Positions 38,148 to 50,030 of a DNA stretch of 64,000 bases are shown piece after piece. A model generated the notes under the pieces. The model made no database searches and had not been told where the DNA came from. It was given only the letters and a program-made list of their open reading frames with translations. The DNA comes from Malacoraja senta (Eukaryota). The stretch's first letter is position 1; each line of letters begins with the position of its first letter. The translations under genes and the position numbers were made by a program. The stretch is taken from assembly GCA_038087875.1 (NCBI GenBank), contig CM075990.1, positions 5,582,001 through 5,646,000 of the forward strand, in the 5' to 3' direction.

Positions 38148-38970
38148 CTGTGGCGGCGCTGTTGAACAGCAGCGGCTCCCCCGCAGTCCGTCTGTTTTTA
38201 CTTTTTTTGTTGTTTTCTTTTGTCCTGTTTTAGTTAAATTTTAGTTTATTGGGTTGTGTATGTGTGGGGTGGGGGGGTGAAACATGATTTTGTCTCTCCC
38301 TGCGGGGGAATGCGACTTTTTCTTGTTGTATCCCCCTTCTCTGCCTCCGTCTGCGCTGAGGCCTAATGGCGGAGCTGCCGGCCTCCAACTGCGACCGACC
38401 GACCTCGAGGCTCTGGAGGCAGAGCCAGGACTTACCAGCGCGGGGCTGGCCGGCTTCGGGGCTGTGGTGGCGTTCCGGCGGTGGCGACCGAGGACACTGG
38501 CGGCGACCTGAATCCGGAGGCTCGGCCGCGGGCCTGGTGGACGACATCGTCGGGAGCTCGCAGGTCACAGGTGGGTCACCTGTTTTTCTGGAGCTCCCGC
38601 AACTACAGCTGCGTCCGCTGGACTGGAAGGCGGCAGCTTCGGCCACCCCGGGCCGCGGAGTTTGAACCGGCCCGTCGCGGAGCACGGATTCAGCCGCGGG
38701 ACTGACTTACCATCACCCGGCGGGGTCACAACATCAGAAGCCTGGATCGCCTCAGCGCAGAGGAAGAACAAAGAGGGAAGAGACAGAGACTTTAAGATTT
38801 TTTCCTCCATCACAGTGAGGAGGTGCCTGGTGAACTCACTGTGGTGGATGTTAATTTGTGTTTATTGTGTGTTTTGTTATTTATTATTATATGTATGACT
38901 GCAGGCAACGAAATTTCGTTCAGACCGAAAGGTATGAATGACAAATAAAGGAATCTCTAATCTCTCTCTA
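38148..38970 (+). mobile_element. SINE-like non-autonomous retroelement with Rex1-like tail
   Basis: Same layout as 55811-56583: short GC head, T-rich block, G-run, GC-rich body, CCATCACAGTGA hairpin, AATAAA and microsatellite tail. Confidence 0.65.
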
Positions 38971-39988
38971 AAGTCTTCTCTTAACCTTGCACCAATCAAC
39001 ATATGTTGAGCAGCAGAAATGCACAACCCTGCCAACAATGCTATTAAAGGGATCATAAACTTTCAGGTTAGTTACTGATTGATTTCTGCAGGAAGTTGAT
39101 ATGATTGTACAAAGGCTTGGTGCTTTCTTGTGTCCTTTAGAATTGTTAGAATAATGTTCTGATTGCCAGAGGACTTTGTCGTCTTGCCAAGTCTTCCCAG
39201 CAATCTAGTATGACTCGGAAAGTGAGCAGAGGGAACTGAGCAGGATGGTTGGTGAAAGAGAAAGAGAAGGAAGAGAGGCATATCTGGCTATTTGCCTTTA
39301 TGAACAGTGGCTTAAAGGAGCCTATGGATGATACAACTTGTTGGGTGTGCAGCTGCTAGTGACAGTGGTCTATTACATTCATGGCAAGTTGAGCAGGCTG
39401 CATTAGGTTGCTCTGCTGCGTGTATCTGAAGCAGAGGACGTGTTAACTGCTCATAGTTTTCCCTCAGAGATGCTGCCTGTCCCGTTGAGTTACTCCAGCA
39501 TTTTGTGTCTACCTTTGATTTAAACCAGCATCTGCTGTTCTTTCCTACACATTGTTATCCCTCAACTGGTTTCCTCACACTCACGCTGCCTCCAAGTGTT
39601 TGAACCAAACCCATAGCTGAGACATTTGGCCTAATTTTTTTTAACTGATTAACCTTTGAAAGATTCACAGCTTGCTCTCCCAATAATCCATCAACATTTC
39701 AATGTTTATATAAAAGAGGTGTATTTCTTAATGTTTTATTGGAACCTGTCTGTTCTGTTTATTTGAATATCTTACAATACATCAAGGGCCTTGAAGAGAA
39801 CATGTTCTGTTTAAGATATTACCTCCGCTTGTTGACGACATTTGCTTCTGAAACTCGTTGTCCAGCTGCAGGCTGTGATCCAACCTAACATCGCAGTGCA
39901 GTTTTGCTGCATTGCAGAACTTCAGATGACAAGGAAGGCACAGTCAGAGTCCCACAATTACAAATGCAACAGTTGATGAGTTAACCTG

Positions 39989-42900
39989 ATAATAATAATA
40001 ATAATAATAATATCTTTTATTGTCATTGCACGTCAGTGCAACGAGATTTAGTATGCAGCTCCACCGATGTACATGAAAAGTAAAATAAATAAATAAGCAA
40101 GCTGAGTGACGTGACCATCCGAGGGAGACTGTCCAGGGGGGGTGGGTGGGGGGGCACTCAGCAGGGCCGGTTCAGAGCCGCTATAGCTCTTGGAATAAAT
40201 CTGTTTCTGAGTCTGGAGGTTCGGGCGTAGAAGGCCTTGTAACGTCTGCCAGAGGGAAGTAGTTCAAACAGTCCGTTACAAGGGTGTGATGAGTCCTTAT
40301 GGATGCTGACGGCCTTCCTGAGGCACCGTGTGTGGTAGATGCCCTCCAAGGCTGGTAGCTCTGTCCCAATGATCCTCTGCGCTCTGTGGACGAAGCGCTG
40401 AAGAGCTCTCCTCTCCGCCTCCGTGCAGCTGAGATGCCATACGTTAATATGCTCTCTGTGGTGCAGCGGTAGAACGTTGTCAGCAGCTGTTGGGGCAGAC
40501 CAGTCTTTTTTAATGTCCTCAGGAAGAACAGTCGTTGCTGTGCCTTCTTGACCAGCGCAGCGGTGTTGGTGGACCATGTGAGGTCCTCTGAAATGTGAGT
40601 GCCCAGAAACTTAAAGCTGGACACTCTCTCCACACTTTCCCCGTAAATGGAGATTGGGGCGTATTCTCCATTATGGGACCTCCTGAAGTCAATAATCAGC
40701 TCCTTGGTCTTGGAGGTGTTTAGTGACAAGTTGTTATGAGCGCACCAGTCCGCCAGGTTCTGCACCTCCGCTCTGTATTTTGTTTCATCACCGTTGGTGA
40801 TCAGCCCAATCACTGTTCTGTCATCTGCAAACTTCACGATGGTGTTGGTGTCGAATGCAGGGACACAATCATGAGTGAAGAGGGAGTAGAGCATGGGGCT
40901 TAGTACACAGCCCTGTGGTGTGCTGGTGCTCAGGGTGATAGTGGAGGACAGGTGCGGGCCCAGTCTCACTGCCTGCGGTCGCTCCGTCAGAAAGTTCAGG
41001 ATCCAATCGCATATCGGCGAGCTGAGGCCTAGCTGGTGGAGTTTGGTGGTGAGCTTGGTGGGGATGACCGTATTGAATGCAGAGCTATAGTCAATGAAGA
41101 GCATCCTCACATATGTGCCCTGTCTGTCCAGGTGAGTCAGGACAGTGTGAAGAGCCAGAGAGATGGCATCTTCTGTTGATCTATTTGCCCTGTATGCAAA
41201 TTGATGGGAGTCCAGTGAGGCAGGGATGCTGGACTTAATATGGGAGAGGACCAGCCTTTCGAAGCACTTCATTGGGATTGGAGTTAGGGCAACCGTGCGG
41301 TAGTTGTTCAGGTTGGTGACTTTGGACTTTTTCGGCACCGGCACTATGGTGGCTGTTTTCAGGCACTTGGGGACCGTTGCCAGAGATAGAGACAGATTGA
41401 AGATTCTCGTGAATACCTCCGCCAGCTGTACAGCAGAGTCCTTTAGTACCCTTCCCTGGACTCCATCCGGGCCCGCAGCCTTGCGTGGATTGATCCTATG
41501 CAGAGCGCACTGTACCTCCTGGGTACTCAGTGTTAAGGCCTGTCCCTCCGCCATGGCCGGGGTTATTCCACTCCTGGTGGTGTTGCCAGTTTCGAACCGG
41601 GCAAAGAAGGTGTTTAGTTCGTTGGCCAGTGTGATATCACCGTGGGGGCAGGCGGGGCTGCTCTTGTAGTCGGTGATGTCCCTGGCACCCTGCCACATGC
41701 TTCTGGTGTCCGCGGTGTTGAAGTGGTCTTCTACCCTTTGCCTGTGGATGTCTTTGGCCTTTTTTATGCCTCTGTTCAGGTTCGACCTGGCCGCACTGTA
41801 AGCAGAAGTGTCCCTGGATTTAAAGGCATTGTTGCGTGCCCTTAGCATATCCTGAACCTCCTTGTTCATCCAGGGTTTCCGGTTTGGGAACATCTTTATT
41901 TGCTTGTCCACTGTGACAGTCTCCACACAGCAGTTGATGTAGGAGAACACAGTGGATGTGTACTCCTCCAAGTCTACCTCTGTACCACTGGTAGCCTGTT
42001 GTGCAAACAGGTCCCAGTCGGTGAGATCAAAGCAGTCCTGGAGTTGTAGGGTGGCGTCCTCGGGCCATATGTTGACCGTCCTTATTGCAGGTTTGGTCTT
42101 GCGGATGAGGGGTTTGTATGCAGGCAGTATAAACAGTGAGAGGTGATCGGATTGTCCCAGGGATGGGCGGGGGAGAGCTCTGTATGCGTCCTTGATGTTG
42201 GTGTACACTTTATCCAACGTGTTTGAGCCCTGGTAGGGCACTGCACATGCTGGTGGAATTTGCGGAGTGTGGCTCGTAGGTCGACCTGGTTAAAGTCCCC
42301 TGCAACAATGAAGGCACCGTCGGGGTGAGCATCCTGCTGCTTACTGATGGCCGGGTGCAGCTGTGCTAGAGCTAGGTTAGCATTAGCCTGTGGTGGGATG
42401 TATATGGCCATGATGATAACCACTGTAAACTCCCGAGGCAGGTAAAACGGCCTACATTTAAGCAGTAGGTATTCCAGGTCTGGGGAACAGTAGCTCTCTA
42501 CTGCAGTGTGGTTGGTGCACCAGTCATTGTTGATGTAGATGCAGAGCCCACCACCCTTGCTCCTTTGTTCTATCAGCACGATGCAGTGACCGGTTGGTCA
42601 GGTCCACAGCCCCATCGGGAACCAGCGTGCTGAGCCAGGTCTCTGTGAACATCAGCACACAGAGATCGCTGGGTGTTGATCCAGAGCCTTACCTCATCCA
42701 TCTTGTTGGTGAGTGACCGGACATTCGCGAGGAAGACGCTTGGTAGCGATGGTCTTTGTGGAGCCCTCCGTAGCCTGTCCTGCACCCCCGCTCGCTTTCC
42801 ACGTTTCTGCTTTCGCTCCCGGCGCTTGCTCCGTCTCCTACCCTCCGGAGTGGTGATCCAGGGGGGCTGTTCTGCCCAGCTCCCTCGGGATTTTGGTAAG

Positions 42901-43150
42901 GGTGCTGTAGTACTCACAAGCCAGTTTCTCGCAGCCACGTCCGATGTTGAGCAGTTCCGTGCGGCTCCATGTGCGACCCGTCGGGATTGCGATGCGGGTC
43001 CTGGATTTCCTCGTCCAGTAGGTGAGTTTCTTCTTATGGTTCCTGGGGTTACTGGGGTTTCTAGGGGTTCTAGGGGTTCTGAGGTTTTTAATTACCTTGT
43101 TTTTCCAGCCGCGTTCGGTACCGGGCTGCTCCGAGTTAATTGGGGGTTGA
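39989..43150 (-). mobile_element. Near full-length Rex1/Babar non-LTR retrotransposon (AP endonuclease + RT), frameshifted, antisense in a pald1 intron
   Basis: Overlapping ORFs 42573-42938, 42082-42579, 40181-42241 and 40158-40577. APE motifs (LANVRSL, AGDFN, TLDKVY, SDH) and RT motifs (KAAGPDG, QFAYR, DYSSAFNT, PQGCVLSP, KFADD). The 3' end has AATAAA and a (TTA)n tail at 39989-40011. The 5' boundary is approximate. Confidence 0.9.
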
Positions 43151-44078
43151 GGGAGGAATGATCATGCGCCCTGTCAGAGATATTGCCTTCATCATACATC
43201 CCCCTCCCTCCCTTCTACTCTTCCTCAAAGCAAGGCCCAGTTACTGGTTTATCAGTCAGTATGCGGTTCAGTGGGTTTGTAGTGAAATTATTGACCTGTC
43301 TCGGTGCTGTAAATCGCTTGAATCTGTGTTGTTGCATCGTGAAAGTGGCAGCATAACTCTTCACAAAGGGGTGGGTTTTAAGAACGGGTGATGCATTCAC
43401 CGCTTCAAACTTTGAACGTGCGTTCCAGGAGTTTGGAAGAGCCACTCTGTGCATGATGTTTGATGTTGCTGATTATAACTTCAGTTTCAAAAAGCCCAGG
43501 GGCCAGCTGCATTTCAGCCTGAGGTTGATAAGATGAAAACTGGTCAAAGAGGAGAGAAATGGCACGGAGACCCGGGTTCGATCCCGACTACGGGTCCTGT
43601 CTGTATGGAGTTTATACATTCTCACTGTGACCTCGTGGGTTTTCTCTGAGTTCTTCGGTTTTCTTCCACACTCCAAAAGACGTACAGGTTTGTAGGTACA
43701 CAAAAATGCTGGAGAAACTCAGCGGGTGCAGCAGCATCTATGGAGCGAAGGAAATAGGTAACGTTTCGGGCCGAAACCCTTCCTCAGACAGGTTTGTAGG
43801 TTAAGTGGCTTGGTATAAGTTTAAATTGTACCTAGTGTGTGTAGGATATTGTTAATGTGCGGGGACTGCTGGTCAGCGCGGACTTGGTGGGCCGAAGGGC
43901 CCGATTCTGCGCTGTATCTCTATGTCATTGCCACATTATTCAATCAGCAAAAAATCACAGCCGTGGGATTAGTTTATAGTTGCTAACATGCGTACACTAT
44001 AGACTGAAAGAGAGAGAGAGTGTGTGTACATTATTATCTGTGACAGCCTTTTTTGATGCCTGATTATTTTGTTTATAG

Positions 44079-44154
44079 GTACCATCGATTGCCACTGTCC
44101 ACGGATGGGCTGCATCTACAAGCACAAATAGACACCTTTATTAATTTACTCAGG
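44079..44154 (+). CDS. PALD1: Paladin internal exon
   Basis: ttatag|G ... AGG|gtaagt, phase 2 matching the previous exon. Encodes YHRLPLSTDGLHLQAQIDTFINLLR. Confidence 0.92.
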
Positions 44155-44224
44155 GTAAGTGCACAGTTGATCAAAATGGGATCATTGCAAATTTCTGAAA
44201 ACAGCATGCACTTGGCAGTTGCAA

Positions 44225-44700
44225 TGCCGTGACTCAGCTGGCATCCTTCTTGCATGAGTTAGAAGGTTGCAGGTTCAAGTTCCACTCGGCATAATTCGAT
44301 GCAAACACATGAGTGCATTACTGAGTGTATATTACACTGGCAGAGGTGCTATCTTTCAGATGAGATACTGGACTAAACTGTTGAACTCAAGAGAGGGACT
44401 CGAGTATTTTATTGTCATATGTACCGTTATAATAGATCGCACTCATTCAAAGAGAAGCAGTTTGTTCTCTTGTGTCCTGGGCAGTACTCAATCCCCACTC
44501 AGCATTACCAAGAAGAGCGTATGTGATCTTTACCTTATTTTGGTTTCTCTGGGTGCTGACAAACTCTCTCTCTTGACTCTTGCTAGCCATGTACAAATTT
44601 GCTCCCATGGTTCCAAGAACAATGACTATATTTCAAAAGTACATCAAGATAAAGTTCACATCAATATAGTCCTTTGATAAGGCATAAGAGAGACTATATT
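44225..44700 (+). mobile_element. Ancient Deu-domain SINE (SacSINE1/AmnSINE1-like); further pieces at about 48800-48870 + 50310-50490, 52290-52410, 32890-33030
   Basis: tRNA-like head (gactcagctgg...ggttcaagt), then gtgcattactgagtgt...agaggtgctatctttcagatgagat, resembling the recalled Deu core (GAGGTGCCGTCTTTCGGATGAGAC). Heavily diverged. Confidence 0.6.
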
Positions 44701-46299
44701 ATGGTTTTTTTTATCTTGAATATCAGTGAGAGAATGTGAATTAATTGGAAAAAAAACATACCATGGCAACAATAGAAATGAGAGTGGAGTTGAAATGTCA
44801 ACAACACCATTCTGGAAGCTTAGCTAGTTGTCTCTTTCTGAGGCTTGTGCCTCAGACCCAATGGAAAGGTATAGTCCTGGTGTGGGCAAATGGGATTCGT
44901 GTAAATGGGCAAAATGGGTTGAAGAAGGGTCTCGACCCGAAAAGTCACCCATTCCTTCTCTCCAGGGATGCTGCCTGTCCCGCTGAGTTACTCAGCGGGA
45001 CAGGCAGCCGAAGGGCTTGTTCCTGTGCTTTTTGAATCTGTGACCCTGTGACATGGATGATTAGTCTGTGGTGATCCACCAAGCCACTTAGTTGCACATG
45101 GATGCTCTCTCTCTCTACTTAATATCACAGTGAATGCACCTTGACCTCCTAGACTGCACCAGTTTAAGAAGAGAACTCAATCACACTTCCTTGGAATCAA
45201 CAAAGAATAGGCAATAGATTCCTGCTTGCCGGTGGTACCTGGAACATGACTTTCTGTGGCTGAACAGCAGCTCCTCTCAAGGTTAAAGCATTAGTAAACT
45301 AGAATGGCTATAACCAGTCATATGGACAGGGAAATCAGAAACACAGAAGAAATCCAACACCCCTGTGGGAGATAGATCATCCCTTCAATTCTTTGCCCCA
45401 GTCAATACTTTTATTTTGGTATTTCTCATACTTGTTTTTTTAAACTTTCCACAGGCAGGTCGGTCGGTCGGTGTGCTGGTGTTGCTTGTTGTCAAACAGT
45501 ATGTTTTCCCCGTACACCTCAGACTTTACTTTTTGCTGGTCTTATCTCAGGCAAACACAGAACACCGATAGGTTGCTAATGGATCACAAACAGTGAAAGA
45601 GAATGAAACGTCTGTACATGGCTCAGTGTTTGGCTAATCACAGCATATGTCCTTTGTGATTTGACCACTGTGAAAATGCTTGTGTTTCCTTTCTTTCCCC
45701 CCCATTTACTGAAACCCTGAAGTCTTTTATGTCGGAACGTATCCGCTACCTGACATACGTGCGAGATTTCACAGTGCCAGCAGCCCTTTCAAAGGTGATG
45801 GTGTGCTGGCTGGGGGAAAGATTATCGTTCAGCATTCACTTGTTAACCCTGTGATGTTTACCTTACACTAAAGGCAGCCACAGATACAAAGAATAATTCC
45901 GTGTTTATTCAGTTTAATAAAACAAGAACATTACATGATCACAATGTTTTGAATTATTGAAGAGTTCTGCTTCAAGAATATGAATATGAATGAAGGGCAG
46001 GAACAGATTCCTCCCCCCTCCCCCCTCCCCCCTCCTGAAAGACTCATCTGCTCCACCATTCAACCAAAGCACAATGAGCCAAGTGTAACCTTAGTTCTAC
46101 GCTGTTGCCTCCCCCTAGTACTCCATCTAGACAGAAAGAGTAGAGTGGAGATAGCTAGTGTAAGGAGGTGAGAGCGATCGATGGTGTGAAGCAAGGTGGG
46201 TGCAGGTGAGAGGAGTTGATTGTTAGATGGCAGTGTAGATCATATCTATGACAATATCAGTTCCTTCATGCAGAGCAGAGGGCAGTATTGATAGCAACA

Positions 46300-47480
46300 G
46301 TGCCGGCCCATATTGGAAGTAATTGTTGACTTTGGAAAAGGGGTGACGGGAGACCACGTGCCAATTTTCATTGGTGGTTTTCAGACATGGAGGGAGTTGG
46401 CTGCTTCAAAATCCTGAATGCTAACATTTTTGGAAGAAATGTCCTGGTCCCAGCACACAGATGTAATCACGAAGAAAGTGTACCAGCGACTCCACATTCA
46501 TAGAAGTTTAAAGAGATTTCGTATGTCATTGGATATTCCAACGAACCTCTACAGGCGCACTAGAGAAAGTATCCTGACTGTTGCGTCACGACCTGGTACA
46601 GCAATTTCAACGCACAAGAATGCAAGAGGTTTCAGAGAGTGGTGGACTCGGCCCAGTTCATCACCATTGGAAGTATCTACAAGGAGGTGGCATGTGTCAT
46701 CAAGGACCCTCACTGTCCAGCCTCTACTCTCTTCCCACTGCTACTGTTGGGCAGGAGATAGAGAAGCTGGAATTTGCATTCCACTAAGTTCAGGAACATG
46801 TGCTTCCCTACAACTATTGTGTATCTGAGCCGACTTGCTCTAATTTTTTTCCGAGATCTTCGGTTTCCTTCCACACTCCAAAGACGTACAGGTATGTAGG
46901 TTGTTCAAGAAGGAACTGCAGATGCTGGAGAATCGAAGGTAGACAAAATTGCTGGAGAAATTCAGCGGGTGCGGCAGCATCTATGGAGCGAAGGAAATAG
47001 GCAACGTTTCGGCCCGAAACCTTGCCTATTTCCTTCGCTCCACAGATGCTGCCTCACCCGCTGAGTTTCTCCAGCAATTTTGTCTACCCCAGGTATGTAG
47101 GTTAATTAGCTTGGTAAATACAAAAATTGTCCCTAGTGGGTTAATGTGCGGGGATCGCTGGTCGGCGTGGACCTGATGGGCCGAAAGGGCCTGTTTCTGC
47201 TCTCTATCTCTAAACTATACTTAAAAAAAAAATAAACCTCAGCATTGGAGCACCATGAACCACCTCCTGCATTGCCACGAACTTGATTTTCTCATTGTGT
47301 TTTGCACCAATATGTTATTTTTGAACATTATATTTTTTCACTGTGTTGTATGATTTATGTACAGTCTATTTATAATTTATGTTCTTGTGTGTTGTCTGAG
47401 TCTCCGCACCGTGCCTCTGCAGCAAGGTTTTCATTGGACCTGTACCACTGTGTTCTTGTGCACATGATAATAAACCCAAG
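46300..47480 (+). mobile_element. Old degenerate Rex1-like 3' fragment interrupted by a V-SINE
   Basis: Degenerate SWSQHTDVITKK..QRL..RRTRESILT coding remnant, and a Rex1-type tail ending atgataataaa near 47465-47475. Confidence 0.65.
46903..47089. repeat. Palindromic Penelope terminal-repeat insertion (representative; similar copies at about 3258-3440, 6305-6620, 23850-24005, 28750-28965, 32356-32511, 51220-51444, 58153-58278, 60539-60683)
   Basis: Left arm gtagacaaaattgctggagaaattcagcgggtg... is the reverse complement of right arm ...cacccgctgagtttctccagcaattttgtctac. Confidence 0.8.
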
Positions 47481-47503
47481 ATAGACACAAAATGCTGGAG
47501 TTA

Positions 47504-47812
47504 AGCCCTGTCCCACTTTCCCGAGTTAATCACGAATTCTCCCGAGTTTTCCCCTTGATACAAACTCTGAGAATTACGGTAATAGCCAGTCGTAGGTACT
47601 CAGGGCTACTTTTTTTACTCGTGGACATTTTTCAAAGTTTGGGAAAAAACGTCCCGACTTACCTGACGCCCCGAGTACCTACGGCTGGCATTACGAGCCG
47701 CTACGAAATATCTACGGACTCCTACGGACTCGCTACGGACATTCTCCGAGTTTGAAGCAAGGGGAAAACCCGGGAGAATTCGTGAGTAACTCGGGAAAGT
47801 GGAACAGGGGCT
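47504..47812. mobile_element. PIF/Harbinger-type MITE inserted in a Penelope-derived repeat
   Basis: TIR AGCCCTGTCCCACTTTCCCGAGTTA; the host reads aatgctggag[TTA]...[TTA]ctcag. Partial relatives at about 14310-14460 and 24290-24535. Confidence 0.8.
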
Positions 47813-47854
47813 TTACTCAGCTGGACAGGCAGCATCACTGGAGAGAAGCTAATG

Positions 47855-47890
47855 GGTGACGTTTCGGGTCCGAGACCCTTCTTCAGACTT
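47855..47890 (-). ncRNA. Minimal hammerhead ribozyme core in a Penelope-derived repeat
   Basis: Minus strand reads agtCTGAAGAaGGGTC tcg GACCC GAAAcGTCacc. Confidence 0.6.
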
Positions 47891-48953
47891 GACCCGACTT
47901 GACTGACCTAACAGAGTCAGAGCTCGTTTGCTGCCAGCACATTGCAAGAAATCGAAGGCAAATAAAACCCTTTTCCAGCTGCTCCCTCTTAACCTCGGAC
48001 AGTAATGACACCTTGTGGTGTGTATTCAGATAGAAACCCTGATTTGACCCTAACCTTAGTTTCAGATTTTGCATTTTGTTCGTTTGAGTGCAGTAAGCAG
48101 TAGTAACCGGAGGAGTATGGTGTGCAACTTCACCAGTCCTGCAAAGTTTAGGTTGAACAAGCTCTGCATTATTTCTCATCATATTTTGGAAAAAAAAGTG
48201 TTGGATATGTTGCTTATATTTAAGTCCAATGCAACTTAATCAAAGGGCTTGATTCTCTTTCAAGCATGTTCTGTTTTTTTTTCCCCCAGTCTTCTAAATC
48301 CAGTTTGGCTTTCGTCTTCCTTTCCTCTGCATAATATTTTGGCATTCCCATTTTTGGGCAGGTTATGCAGTGCAGACAAATCATAATCTACATTCGTCAG
48401 GCCGTCCTTTGTAGCTAGCTCTGTGTGCCAGAACTTTGTAAGTTTGTGTATTTAGGGATGCATTTTGCAGATTACAGGATTCGAAGAACGATTCTTGCTC
48501 TACAGATCTTTTAGACAACCGTCCAGTTGAATTTACTGTGTTTATTCATGTAAAATTTATTGTTAAGCATTATGATAACAAAATCTAACGGGATCAGATG
48601 AATTAAGTTGTCATGTTGAAGAAGCGTACCTGTTGTTTACATAATTTAAACTGCTATATTTGACATGATTAACGTGCACTAAAATAACACAGTAATTTGT
48701 CATGTACTTGTTGATAGTCGTAAATCATCTCTGCCGACCCAGTCAAGGTGCATATTGGCCCAGCATCTTTCTGAACCAGAAGAGAGAATGCTAGCAGCTG
48801 TGGCTCAAATTGGTTGCATTCCAACCTGGAGTTGCGAGGTTCTGGGGTTCAAGTCACAGAGCAGCAACTTGGAGTCATAGTCGTACAGCACACTGACAGG
48901 CCCTTCGGCCCAACTTGTCTATGCTGACCAAGATGCCCCATCTAAGCCCCATT

Positions 48954-50030
48954 TGAATGAATGAATGAATAAGATTATTGGCCAAGTATTCACATACAAC
49001 GAATTTGCCTTGGTGCTCCACCCGCAAGTGACAACATGACATACAGTGACAGTTAAGATTGATACATAAAACATTAAACATTAATAATAAAACATTATTG
49101 ATTAAACTTGTGAATTAAATAAAATACCAGAGCAAAAGGAGGCTACAGATTTTTGGTTATTGAGTAGAGCTACTACTCGTTGAAAAAAACTGTTTTTTAT
49201 GTCTGGCTGTGGCAGCTTTGACAGTCCGGAGTCGCCTTCCAGAGGGAAGTGATTCAAAGAGTTTGTGGCCAGGGTGAGAGGGGTCAGAGATGATCTTACC
49301 CGCTCGCTTCCTGGCCCTTGCAGTGTACAGTTCGTCAATGGAGGGAAGGTTGCAGCCAATAACCTTCTCAGCTGATCGGACGATTCGCTGCAGCCTCCGG
49401 GTGTTGGCTTGCTTGGTGGCTGAGCCAAACCAGACCATGATGGAGAAGGTGAGGACAGACTCTACGATGGCCGTGTAGAATTGGACCATCATTGCCTGTG
49501 GTAGATTGTGCTTCCTCAGCCGTCGCAGGAAGTACATCCTCTGCTGTGCCTTTTTGACTGTGTTGATGGTATCCCCCCACTTAAGGTCCTTGGAAATGAT
49601 GGTTCCCAGAAACTTAAAAGACTCCACAGATGTGACTGTGGTGTTGTTGATGGTGAGTGGGGTGAGGGGAGGGGGAGCTCTCGTAAAGTCTACAATCAGT
49701 TCCACTGTCTTAAGAGCATTGAGCTCCAGGTTGTTGCAATGGCACCAGGACGCCAGCTGTGACTCTTCCTGTCTGTAGGCAGATTCCTCCCCATCCTGAA
49801 TCAGTCTAATCAGGGTTGTGTCGTCCGAAAACTTGAGAAACTTGACAGAGGAATCAGTGGAGGTGCAGTCGTTGGTGTAGAGAGAGGAGAGGAGACAGTA
49901 CGCAGCCTTGCGGTGCTCCTATGCTGAGGGTTTGCGGGTCCGAGATGTGCTTTCCCAGCCTCACATGCTGCTTCCTGTCTGTCAGGAAGCTGGTGATCCA
50001 CCGACAGAGGGGTTCAGGCACAGTCGTGTT
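48954..50030 (-). mobile_element. 5'-truncated Rex1/Babar LINE (C-terminal RT + 3'UTR, (TTCA)n tail)
   Basis: GAPQGCVLSP, FKFLG and KKAQQRMYFLRRL motifs; (TTCA)n tail near 48955-48970. Confidence 0.88.

Noticed and set aside
38230..38898. Overlapping GC-rich ORFs (up to 151 aa), and similar ones at 55968-56510
   Set aside because: They lie inside the SINE-like elements and are not conserved in frame between copies.
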